A DNA stretch of 64,000 nt from Pseudomonadota bacterium. GTDB taxonomy: Bacteria > Pseudomonadota > Gammaproteobacteria > Acidiferrobacterales > UBA6901. The stretch lies in assembly GCA_027364845.1 (NCBI GenBank), contig DAHXOO010000005.1, positions 35,198 through 99,197 of the forward strand, given 5' to 3'. The position numbers and the translations under genes were made by a program. Below the pieces are notes generated by a model. It saw only the letters and a list, made by a program, of their open reading frames with translations. It did not search any database and was not told the DNA's origin. Numbering within the stretch: position 1 is the stretch's first letter; the number at the start of each line of letters is the position of its first letter. This document shows, one piece after another, positions 9,017 through 17,575 of this stretch.

Positions 9017-10138
9017 ATGAAGATTGGTGTTGTCAGGGAAATTAAGGACCAGGAGAATCGGGTAGCCCTGACTCCGGCCGGTGTTCGGGCAATGGTATTG
9101 GCCGGACACTGCGTCCGTGTGCAGCATCTGGCCGGGGCTGGTTCCGGATTTGGTGACGAGCAGTATCGCGATGCAGGAGCAGAGTTGGTGTCCGCTGATG
9201 AAGCCTGGGGTTCAGACCTGATTCTAAAGGTCAAGGAGCCGCTGGAGTCCGAGTATAGCTTTCTGCAGGGACAAATCGTTTTCGCCTATCTGCATTTGGC
9301 AGGTGCCCCGAAGCTTCTGACTGAAAGCCTGATCGCCAGCCGGACCACCGCCATTGCCTACGAAACTGTCGAGGATGAGGGTGGGCGGCTGCCGTTGCTT
9401 GCGCCAATGAGCGCGATTGCCGGGGCCATGTCGATCACAGTGGGAAATCATTACCTGGCACGTCCGAGCGGCGGCAAGGGCGTGTTGTTGGGCAATATGC
9501 TTGGTCGCAGCCACGGCAAGGTTGTCGTCGTTGGCGACGGAGTGGTGGGACAACACGCGGCGCGGGCGGCAGCCGGGATTGGCACAGAGGTAGTTGTTTT
9601 CGGTCTGGATCCGCGGCATGCGGCCTCCGTGATGCAGCCGATTTCGGAGCAAATCCGGTTCCTTGCCTCGGACGAAAGACGTATCACGCAGCACCTTAAG
9701 GATGCCGATCTGCTGGTCGGAGCCGTTCTCACCCATGGTGCGCGCGCGCCTCATGTGGTCACAGACGCCATGGTGCAGCATATGGAGGCGGGCTCGGTGA
9801 TCATCGACGTCAGTATCGATCAAGGGGGATGCATTGAAACTTCACGGCCCACTTCTCATTCAGATCCGGTTTTTGTACGCCACGGCGTGATCCATTACGC
9901 GGTAACGAACATGCCTGGTGTCTATCCGCGCAGTTCCACGATGGTGTTGACTGATGCGACGCTGCCGTATGTGCTGCGACTTGCACAAGGCGGCGTGGGA
10001 GCGCTGCGCGCAGATCCTGCTTTGGCCAAGGGAGTGAACACCTTCGGCGGATATATCTGCTGCCGGCCAGTGGCCGAAGCGCTTTCGCTTCTGAGGAATT
10101 TCAGGTCATTTAACGATATATCCATGGGTAATCGCTGA
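9017..10138 (+). CDS. ald: alanine dehydrogenase
   Basis: N-terminus MKIGVVREIKDQENRVALTPAGV and NAD-binding loop VVVVGDGVVG. 373 aa. Confidence 0.9.
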   Translation: MKIGVVREIKDQENRVALTPAGVRAMVLAGHCVRVQHLAGAGSGFGDEQYRDAGAELVSADEAWGSDLILKVKEPLESEYSFLQGQIVFAYLHLAGAPKLLTESLIASRTTAIAYETVEDEGGRLPLLAPMSAIAGAMSITVGNHYLARPSGGKGVLLGNMLGRSHGKVVVVGDGVVGQHAARAAAGIGTEVVVFGLDPRHAASVMQPISEQIRFLASDERRITQHLKDADLLVGAVLTHGARAPHVVTDAMVQHMEAGSVIIDVSIDQGGCIETSRPTSHSDPVFVRHGVIHYAVTNMPGVYPRSSTMVLTDATLPYVLRLAQGGVGALRADPALAKGVNTFGGYICCRPVAEALSLLRNFRSFNDISMGNR

Positions 10139-10519
10139 CGAACGGTCGCTGTTCCAGCGGCCCGAAGGGTTTTCGGCGATGTGTGGTAGCGGCTTTGAAA
10201 CTGCACCGAGCGGTGTCCGTGGAGGCACGCTATTTGTGGTCCACGCCTATGGGTCTGAGGCTCACGATGAGGCGCGCCACGTAGCGCACGTCTGCTTGAG
10301 CGATGATCTGTGCGTTCCGATGGGTTTCAGCGCCTCGGATTTCAGAGTCTGTTGCGAGTGCCACTGGATCGCTGGCCACGGACGAGTCGGCCCTGGAGCG
10401 GTTTCATCCTGGTTCATTTGCAAGGTTTGCTGTCGATGCTCGGATGCTGTTGCAGTGCGTTGCTGCCGGTTCCCTGTGTCGCTTGTTCTGCCGTAAGGCA
10501 AGGGTGATAATCTCAGGCT

Positions 10520-10762
10520 ATGCGAGGCATATCGCTGGATCCGGAGTCGGATATCGTCGAAGAACGCTATGCGGTTGTCTACGCGCCGCGGCGGCAACGT
10601 GGCCGTTTCGCTGAAGATTGCGTGCAGGTGGTTGAATCGGAGGCAGCGGCGCTCGCCGGTGCCAATGCCACTGCCGGGCGTTATCCGGCAAAGGTTGTCG
10701 GTCCGGCGCGCTCCTCGGAGGGGTTCCGCCTGTATTACCTGGTTTGCTGGTTGCAGGACTAG
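10520..10762 (+). CDS. possible small hypothetical protein
   Basis: 80-aa ORF with coding-like G/C third positions inside an otherwise unassigned 760-bp gap. Only a weak, distant SD. Confidence 0.3.
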   Translation: MRGISLDPESDIVEERYAVVYAPRRQRGRFAEDCVQVVESEAAALAGANATAGRYPAKVVGPARSSEGFRLYYLVCWLQD

Positions 10763-10901
10763 GCCAGCTGGTCGAGCCGGCGCCGGGTTTTGCTTGGCCG
10801 CATGTCTGGGGCGGCGACTCCTTGGCGCAGGAGGGCGGCGAGAGCAGATCATTCCGGTTGTGTTGGCTAAGAAGCGCGCAGCCTGCGCAGGAGCACTGCT
10901 A

Positions 10902-11717
10902 ATGACGGAAAGACGACGTTACTCGGTCAAGGCCTATCGCAGTGAATCGTTTCTCGACAGCCGTGATGCACGCGCGCTGCGCATACTCGCCGAGTATCTG
11001 GAACCGGAGAGCCGTTTTTCCCACTATCGGGTAGATGACACCATCGTCTTCATGGGCTCGGCGCGTATGGTTTCGCGTGCCCAGGCCGAGGAAGAGGTGC
11101 AGGCCGCCGAACAGGGAAACGGTGATCTCGCGCAGGCCAGGCTGCGGCTCGACATGTCCCGTTATTATGAAGCGGCACGAGAGTTGGCGCGGCGTCTGAC
11201 TGAATGGTCCAAGAAGCTGAGCGACGAGGATCGACGCTTCGTCGTTTGCACTGGAGGCGGTCCGGGCATCATGGAAGCGGCGAATCGCGGGGCATCCGAA
11301 GCCAAAGGCATGAACGTGGGCCTTACGATTTCAATACCTGTTGAGGAGTTCGATAACCGGTACGTGACACGCGAGCTGTCATTCCATTTCCATTATTTCT
11401 TCATGCGCAAGTTCTGGTTTGCCTATCTGGCAAAAGCGGTCATCGTGTTTCCTGGAGGCTTCGGCACGCTCGATGAGTTATTTGAATTGTTGACCTTGTT
11501 GCAGACCCACAAGATCCGCAAGCATCTGCCAATAGTACTGTTTGGCGGCGAATACTGGAACGAGGTGGTCAACTTCGATGCCCTCGTTCGATACGGCAAC
11601 ATCGACGCGCAGGACCTGAAGATCTTTTACAGTACGGACTCTGTCGACGAGGCGTACAATTACATTATTGAGCAGTTGTCGCAGTATGCGCTCAAGGAAC
11701 CGGGAGCAACCCTGTGA
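10902..11717 (+). CDS. LOG family (TIGR00730-type) nucleotide 5'-monophosphate nucleosidase-like protein
   Basis: GGGPGIMEA and PGGxGTxxE (FPGGFGTLDELFE) motifs. ATG 10902 has an AGGAG SD. The upstream part of the long ORF is Arg-rich junk. Confidence 0.8.
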   Translation: MTERRRYSVKAYRSESFLDSRDARALRILAEYLEPESRFSHYRVDDTIVFMGSARMVSRAQAEEEVQAAEQGNGDLAQARLRLDMSRYYEAARELARRLTEWSKKLSDEDRRFVVCTGGGPGIMEAANRGASEAKGMNVGLTISIPVEEFDNRYVTRELSFHFHYFFMRKFWFAYLAKAVIVFPGGFGTLDELFELLTLLQTHKIRKHLPIVLFGGEYWNEVVNFDALVRYGNIDAQDLKIFYSTDSVDEAYNYIIEQLSQYALKEPGATL

Positions 11718-11771
11718 CTGGGGTTGGTGATGCGTCAGGCCGGACTGGCCTGCAGGCGAAGAGGAAAACAG

Positions 11772-12356
11772 ATGGCTAAGGGTGGAGCCGGTAGGTTGAC
11801 GGAAATCTATGTCAGCACCGACATCGAGGCGGATGGACCGATTCCAGGCCCGCACTCGATGCTGAGTTTCGCATCCGTGGCCTACCGCGCCGATAAAACG
11901 CTTTTAAGTACCTTCGCGGCTAATCTGCAGACCCTACCCGGGTCCAGCCCACATCCGGATACCTTGCAGTGGTGGTCGGGTTTTCCGGAAGCTTGGGCTG
12001 CGTGCCGCAAGGAACCGCGCGCACCAGAGCAGGTCATGCCCGAATATGTCACCTGGCTTGAACAGCTCCCGGGGCGTGCAGTATTCGTGGGATGGCCGGC
12101 CAGCTGGGATTTCATGTGGATTTACTGGTACCTGGTTCGATTTTCCGGCATGCGGCCGTTCCGCGAAAATGCGCTGGATATACGGTCCTACGCAATGGGG
12201 ATGCGCAAGAGCGAATTCCGCATGACCTCGCGTAGCTACCTTCCGAAGCGCTGGTTCGATGAGCTTCCGCATACGCATGTGGCGCTGGATGATGCGCTCG
12301 AGCAGGGAGCCGTGTTCTGCAACATGCTCGCCGAGAACCACAGATCTGAAGAATAG
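11772..12356 (+). CDS. DEDDh-type 3'-5' exo(ribo)nuclease
   Basis: ExoI motif VSTDIEADG and C-terminal HVALDDA (H-x4-D). GAGGAAAA SD before ATG 11772. Confidence 0.7.
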   Translation: MAKGGAGRLTEIYVSTDIEADGPIPGPHSMLSFASVAYRADKTLLSTFAANLQTLPGSSPHPDTLQWWSGFPEAWAACRKEPRAPEQVMPEYVTWLEQLPGRAVFVGWPASWDFMWIYWYLVRFSGMRPFRENALDIRSYAMGMRKSEFRMTSRSYLPKRWFDELPHTHVALDDALEQGAVFCNMLAENHRSEE

Positions 12357-12395
12357 ATGCAGGACGGAAATTGACGCATCCGGTGCGTCCTGCAT
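12357..12395. repeat. intergenic inverted repeat with two mutually exclusive hairpins
   Basis: ATGCAGGACG (12357-12366) pairs perfectly with CGTCCTGCAT (12386-12395). The inner GACGCA (12373-78) / TGCGTC (12384-89) stem competes for the same right arm. No T-run follows. Confidence 0.5.
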
Positions 12396-12404
12396 GTCAC
12401 GTGG

Positions 12405-12980
12405 ATGATGGCCGCTTTTATGACTCACGATGAGTTGACTCTGATAATGCAGACATTGCACTTCGCTGCCGACAGGCACCGCGATCAGCGGCGCAAGGAC
12501 CGGCAGGCGTCGCCCTATATCAACCATCCCATAGCCGTGGCGGAGGTACTGAGTGCCATTGGCGGGGTGCAAGATGCAGTAACCATCGCGGCCGGAATTC
12601 TGCACGATACCATCGAGGACACGGAGACCACTGCAGCGGAAATCGAGGCCCGCTTCGGGCACGAAATCAGCGAGGTGGTCGAGGAGGTGACGGATGATAA
12701 GACCTTGTCTCCGGACCTGCGCAAACAGCTGCAGATCGATCAGGCGCATCTGAAATCGGGGCGCGCGAGATTGGTCAAACTGGCTGACAAGATCTGCAAC
12801 GTCCGCGACATCGTCGAGTATCCTCCGGACGGCTGGTCGGCGGAACGCAAGCGCCGATACATTGCGTGGGCCAGCGCGGTTGTTGACCGGATACGCGGCA
12901 TTAACAAGCCTATGGAGGAATATTTCGATACTCTTCATGATCGTGCACAGGCTCATCTTTCCCTGAATGCGTCTGAATAG
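12405..12980 (+). CDS. HD-domain small alarmone hydrolase (RelA/SpoT hydrolase-only, Mesh1/SAH-like)
   Basis: 191 aa. HFAADRHRDQRRK, PYINHPIAVA and ILHDTIEDT motifs of the (p)ppGpp hydrolase domain, with no synthetase domain. Confidence 0.85.
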   Translation: MMAAFMTHDELTLIMQTLHFAADRHRDQRRKDRQASPYINHPIAVAEVLSAIGGVQDAVTIAAGILHDTIEDTETTAAEIEARFGHEISEVVEEVTDDKTLSPDLRKQLQIDQAHLKSGRARLVKLADKICNVRDIVEYPPDGWSAERKRRYIAWASAVVDRIRGINKPMEEYFDTLHDRAQAHLSLNASE

Positions 12981-13060
12981 GCGATGGAGCGTGCATTGTC
13001 CGGCACCCGAAGCAGTTTGCCGCCACAGCGGATCAATGGGGCGGACCGGGTTGGGCATTT

Positions 13061-13375
13061 ATGGTAAACGGCGACGGCGCACCGCGCATCGAAATTGAAT
13101 ATTGCATGCAGTGTGGTTTTCTTCTGCGCGCTGCGTGGATCGCACAGGAACTGCTCCGCGCCTTCGAGACCGAGGTCCACGACGTTGCATTGAAACCAGG
13201 AAGCGGTGGGAATTTCATTGTTCGTCTCGACGGTGTCGTGCTGTTTTCGCGGCGCGAACAGGGGCGGTTCCCGGAAGCAAAGGAGCTCAAGCTCCTGGTT
13301 CGCGACGCAATTGGATCTGACCGGTGTTTTGGACACAGGCGCCCTGGAGGCGATTCGAGCCAAGCGGCAGACTGA
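13061..13375 (+). CDS. SelW/SelT/Rdx family redox protein (Cys form)
   Basis: IEYCMQCGFLLRAAW (CxxC at the Rdx position) and FPEAKELKLLVRD. Confidence 0.7.
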   Translation: MVNGDGAPRIEIEYCMQCGFLLRAAWIAQELLRAFETEVHDVALKPGSGGNFIVRLDGVVLFSRREQGRFPEAKELKLLVRDAIGSDRCFGHRRPGGDSSQAAD

Positions 13376-13506
13376 AGGCGCCGGGATGCAAGTCATTACA
13401 GACGAATGCCGGTAAAGGATCTGTGCTGGTTGATTGATGCGCAGCTAGATTTGAGTTTTCGTCCTCAGTGGGGCAAACTCGGTCATCTGCCACCCAAGCT
13501 CAGCGC

Positions 13507-14151
13507 ATGTTCATGCCGTCGTACCGCAAAGTGGAACTCACTGGACCGTCTGATGCGCTCCCCGGGCGTAGCGAGCGCATATCGATCCCGGCGCGCCATT
13601 TTGTCAACGGCCACCCCATCGCGCCGCCGTTTCCGCAAGGTCTGGAGCTAGCACTATTTGGACTTGGCTGTTTCTGGGGCGCAGAACGCAAATATTGGCA
13701 GGTCGCCGGTGTCTACACGACCGCCGTGGGATATGCCGGAGGCTACACGCCGAATCCCACTTATCCCGAAGTCTGTAGCGGCATGACGGGGCACAACGAA
13801 GTCGTGCGTGTTGTGTACGACCCGGCAATTGCCAGTTACGACTCACTGCTGAGGCTGTTCTGGGAGTCTCATGATCCCACCCAAGGCATGCGTCAGGGTA
13901 ATGACGTCGGTACCCAGTATCGGTCCGGAATATATACCTATGGCAACGAGCAGAAGACTGCCGCCCAGGCATCCCGCAAAATCTTCCAGAACGTGCTGAA
14001 CGCAGCCGGTTTTGGGCCGATCAGCACTGAGATTCTCGACGCCACCGAGTTCTATTATGCCGAGGAATATCACCAGCAGTATCTTGCCAAGAACCCCGGT
14101 GGGTACTGCGGGCTGGGCGGCACTGCAGTGCTCTATCCCGAGACACACTGA
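13507..14151 (+). CDS. msrA: peptide-methionine (S)-S-oxide reductase MsrA
   Basis: Active site [11 protein letters not shown] and [18 protein letters not shown] blocks. The start is taken at the ATG matching the E. coli-like N-terminus (PSDALPGR). Confidence 0.9.
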   Translation: MFMPSYRKVELTGPSDALPGRSERISIPARHFVNGHPIAPPFPQGLELALFGLGCFWGAERKYWQVAGVYTTAVGYAGGYTPNPTYPEVCSGMTGHNEVVRVVYDPAIASYDSLLRLFWESHDPTQGMRQGNDVGTQYRSGIYTYGNEQKTAAQASRKIFQNVLNAAGFGPISTEILDATEFYYAEEYHQQYLAKNPGGYCGLGGTAVLYPETH

Positions 14152-14191
14152 CATTCCAGATCGTGAATACCGCGCAAGCGCAGGGCGTTGT

Positions 14192-14212
14192 CAGCGAGTG
14201 CTGCGCTGTTTT
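14192..14212 (+). terminator. weak hairpin plus T4 after msrA
   Basis: CAGCG-N7-CGCTG followed by TTTT. The stem is short. Confidence 0.25.
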
Positions 14213-14301
14213 CGCGAAGCCGCGGCATTCCGGTTTGCTGGCACCAACGTGCATGGTCGCCCGACGGGATCGCCCGAGGTGGTAGGGATTCCACGATCCT
14301 G

Positions 14302-15474
14302 ATGGACAACCGAAGAGACGTCGCACTTCTTGCTTTGGCACGGACCAGTCGCAGTGTTGCAGCAGGGATGATAAATCTGGCTTTTCCATACTACATTCTT
14401 AGCAGATTTCATCGCGGAGCATTGGTATTAGGCCTGATCTACGTTGCTGCCACCATCGCGAGCGCAGGACTCAGTCTGTTGGTGGGAATAAGTGCCGACG
14501 TCTGGGGAAGGCGGCGGACGCTTGTCGCAGCGAACCTCCTGCTTCCGCTCAGCGCGATCATGGTTTACGCGTCGCCTAGTCTCTGGCTGATCGTTCCGGC
14601 GGCTATGCTCGGTGGCTATTCCTCAACCGGTTCTCTCGGTGGCGGTGGCGTCGGCGGAGTGGCACAGCCGATCCAGAGTGTCGTTCTGGCGCGTCTTACG
14701 TCGCAGCAGGAGAGGACGAGGTACTTTTCGCTTTTCACGTTCATTGCCGGTTTCGCTGGGGCGCTGGGGGCGCTGCTGGCGAAGGTTTTGGTGGTGCGCG
14801 ATATTTTCCTCGTGGCCGCAATCATCTCCATATCGGGGGTTCCGTTGCTTTGGAGCATCCATGTCGGCGAGAGCCGCGGAAAACTGGGCCGTCTCAAGAC
14901 AAGGGCGACCATTGGCAAGTTCAGTCTGACCGGCATGCTTAATGGATTTTCCCAGGGCCTGGTCGTGCCGTTCCTCGTACCGTTTTTCATTCTCGTTTAT
15001 CATGTGCCGAAATCAGAGATGTCTGTGTTCGCTTTTGCCGCAGGCGTGCTCGGTTCGCTGTCGATTCTAGGCGCGCCGCTGCTCGAGAGAAAACTGGGTT
15101 TCCTCAAGAGCATTCTGATCACCCGGGGAACCGCGCTCTTTTTGTTCATGATCTTTCCGATCATTCGATTTCTGCCGGCGGCTGCTGCAATCTACATTGT
15201 GGCGCCCTCACTGAGGGGTGCAGGAATGCCGATACAGCAGTCGGAGTTGACCAAACGTGTCGATGGCGACGAGATGGGTCGCGCTCTGGGTATTAACCGG
15301 GTGGCGAGGCTCATCGCATCCTCGGTCGGAATCGGTGTGAGCGCGCATCTTCTGGATAGGGCGCATTTCGAGCTCCCGTTCTACCTATACGGGTTGGTCA
15401 TGGCAGGGAATCTTTTCCTGTACGTGAAGTTTTTCGGCGTTGGCAAGTGGCCCGCAGCCGGGAACGGGGACTGA
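14302..15474 (+). CDS. MFS transporter
   Basis: About 390 aa, multi-TM hydrophobic protein with MFS-like loop GISADVWGRRRTL between TM2 and TM3. Start chosen at ATG 14302. Confidence 0.75.
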   Translation: MDNRRDVALLALARTSRSVAAGMINLAFPYYILSRFHRGALVLGLIYVAATIASAGLSLLVGISADVWGRRRTLVAANLLLPLSAIMVYASPSLWLIVPAAMLGGYSSTGSLGGGGVGGVAQPIQSVVLARLTSQQERTRYFSLFTFIAGFAGALGALLAKVLVVRDIFLVAAIISISGVPLLWSIHVGESRGKLGRLKTRATIGKFSLTGMLNGFSQGLVVPFLVPFFILVYHVPKSEMSVFAFAAGVLGSLSILGAPLLERKLGFLKSILITRGTALFLFMIFPIIRFLPAAAAIYIVAPSLRGAGMPIQQSELTKRVDGDEMGRALGINRVARLIASSVGIGVSAHLLDRAHFELPFYLYGLVMAGNLFLYVKFFGVGKWPAAGNGD

Positions 15475-15555
15475 TGACGTGGCAGGCTGGGAACCGGGGC
15501 ACGGCTGATGCCGTGTCATGTGAGGCTGAGTTGATCGAACCGTTTCGGTATGATT

Positions 15556-15948
15556 TCAGGCCAGGATTCCGTTCCTGGGCAGTCCGACGCCACCGCCGGT
15601 TACTATCCAGCCGAACACCAAGAGTGCGGCCAGACCCAGCAGCGCCAGCACCACCGCAGCCAGAAGGGCAGCCCCGAATCCGTCCACTTCGAAATCGTGC
15701 ACGAACCAGGATACAAGCTTGATCATCAATGCGTTGATTACCAGCGCGAAGGCGCCAAAAGTAAGTAAAGTTAGGGGCAAGGTGAGCCAGAACAGGACCG
15801 GCCGGATGAACGCGTTGATCAGCCCCAGCACCAGAGCGGCGAGCCACAGGCCGCGAGCCGAGCGCGCATGCACTCCCGGGACGATGTGCGTTACTAACCA
15901 CAGGCCAAAGGCAGTCGCTACCCACTGCATCAGAAAGGCGATCAGCAT
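15556..15948 (-). CDS. small 4-TM membrane protein, phage holin 4-2 (PF04020/YvlD-like) family
   Basis: 130 aa. The pattern GLINAFIRPVLFWLTLPLTLLTFGAFALVINALM is typical of this family. Confidence 0.7.
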   Translation of the reverse strand: MLIAFLMQWVATAFGLWLVTHIVPGVHARSARGLWLAALVLGLINAFIRPVLFWLTLPLTLLTFGAFALVINALMIKLVSWFVHDFEVDGFGAALLAAVVLALLGLAALLVFGWIVTGGGVGLPRNGILA

Positions 15949-16254
15949 GGATTTATCCTTGTTGCGCCTGGGAGGGCACGTTATCAGACAATTGTACCTG
16001 CTGGGACGCGTGCCCGCACGCGAACCGGAGCGTCATCCTCCGAGAGCGACGGCGATGATCCGATGATTCTGCCTGGTTCACGCCTTCTGCTGCTGCAATC
16101 GTGTCTCGGCCACCCTGGGGTACCATACCTTTCCAGGGCTTTGCCCTCCCGATCCATGACATTGCGAAAGAACACCACGAATGGCAAGGCCGCAATTCGC
16201 CTCTGACGACCACGTTGTGCGCCCTGAGCGATCACAGGATCCAGACGTGCGCAC

Positions 16255-17487
16255 ATGAATATCCCATTCGTAGCGCTGCTATGCGTGTTTGTGCTCATCG
16301 CCATGCGTCGGTTCGGGCGCATGCGCGTGGCTATCTGGCAGGCCATGCTCGGTGGCGCGCTGGTTGTAGTGCTGACGCGCCAGATAGGCATCGGAGCCTC
16401 ACTCCGGGCTATTGATCCGGATGTGATGCTGTTCCTGTTTGGAATGTTCGTGGTCGGCCAGGCGCTGGTGGCCAGTGGCTATCTGTATTTCTTAGCGTAC
16501 CGGCTTTTCAGCCACGCGACATCGCCAGGCGCGCTGGTGTCGATGGTGCTTTTTGCAGCTGGCATTGCATCGACGGTGTTGATGAATGATACGGTCGCGA
16601 TCATCGGTACACCGCTCATGCTGCGTTTGGCCCGGGAGCACCGTATGGATCCGAAACTGCTGCTTCTGGCCCTGGCGTTTTCCGTCACTATCGGCAGCGT
16701 CATGAGTCCTATCGGAAATCCTCAGAATCTGCTGATTGCGGTACGTACCGGTATGCATTTCCCATTCAGTGTCTTTTTCAAGGCCTTGGCTGTACCGAGC
16801 CTCATCAATCTCGTGCTTGCCTATGGTGTGCTGCGTCTGTTTTTCCGCAGGTCCTTTCACACGCGTGTCCTGGTGCACACGCCGGTGGCCATCACTGACC
16901 TGGCATTGGCGCGCCTGGCCCGCATCTCGCTGCTGATGGTGATCTTGCTGGCAGCAGCAAACGCAGTGTTGGAGGAAACAGGGGCTGCACGAGTGCTTCC
17001 GCTCAGCTGGATTGCACTCGCAGCGGCTCTGCCGCTGCTTGTACTGAGCCCGCGCCGTGGCGAGCTGTTGCGCGATATTGACTGGAAAACACTAACATTC
17101 TTTGCCGCCATGTTCGTGCTCACTGAGAGTGTGTGGCAGACGGGGTATATCCAGTCGCTGCTCGCACACTGGCGGCTTCATCTGACTGACGTGCATACGG
17201 TAATGGGGCTCAGCGTGGTGCTCAGCCAGCTGATTTCAAACGTACCCCTGGTGGCCTTGTACCTACCTCTGCTTGCGCATGCCGCTGCTGTCCACGCCTC
17301 TCTTGCGCTCGCTGTCGGCAGTACCATCGCAGGCAACCTGCTGATCCTTGGAGCTGCGAGCAACGTCATTATTGTCCAGAACGCGGAGCACCGGGGTGTT
17401 ACGCTGACATTCCTTGAATTTGCGCGCGTCGGCGTACCCTTGACTGTGCTCAATCTCGCCCTGTATGGGTTGTTCTTGGCTCATTAG
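16255..17487 (+). CDS. ArsB/NhaD-superfamily anion permease (SLC13/CitMHS-like)
   Basis: 410 aa polytopic protein. Repeated GSVMSPIGNPQNLL / GSTIAGNLLILGAASN hairpin motifs. Confidence 0.7.
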   Translation: MNIPFVALLCVFVLIAMRRFGRMRVAIWQAMLGGALVVVLTRQIGIGASLRAIDPDVMLFLFGMFVVGQALVASGYLYFLAYRLFSHATSPGALVSMVLFAAGIASTVLMNDTVAIIGTPLMLRLAREHRMDPKLLLLALAFSVTIGSVMSPIGNPQNLLIAVRTGMHFPFSVFFKALAVPSLINLVLAYGVLRLFFRRSFHTRVLVHTPVAITDLALARLARISLLMVILLAAANAVLEETGAARVLPLSWIALAAALPLLVLSPRRGELLRDIDWKTLTFFAAMFVLTESVWQTGYIQSLLAHWRLHLTDVHTVMGLSVVLSQLISNVPLVALYLPLLAHAAAVHASLALAVGSTIAGNLLILGAASNVIIVQNAEHRGVTLTFLEFARVGVPLTVLNLALYGLFLAH

Positions 17488-17575
17488 GACGGGACCGCCC
17501 GCGCACTGCGTGCCACGGTATAGACTGCTGGTCCGGTCTCTACCATACCGGCACGGGCGCTATGCCGTGAGCTCG

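Noticed and set aside
10179-10496. 105-aa Cys-rich ORF (possible RiPP or metal-binding peptide)
   Set aside because: It has no SD, overlaps other equally long ORFs in all frames, and its composition matches GC-rich noise.
11934-13058. 374-aa minus-strand ORF spanning two genes
   Set aside because: It overlaps the DEDDh exonuclease and the HD hydrolase on the opposite strand, both of which have clear catalytic motifs. It is a shadow ORF.
15556-15948. Phage holin family gene as a sign of a prophage
   Set aside because: The PF04020/YvlD-type protein is a common chromosomal membrane protein. No endolysin, integrase, terminase or att-like repeats are nearby.
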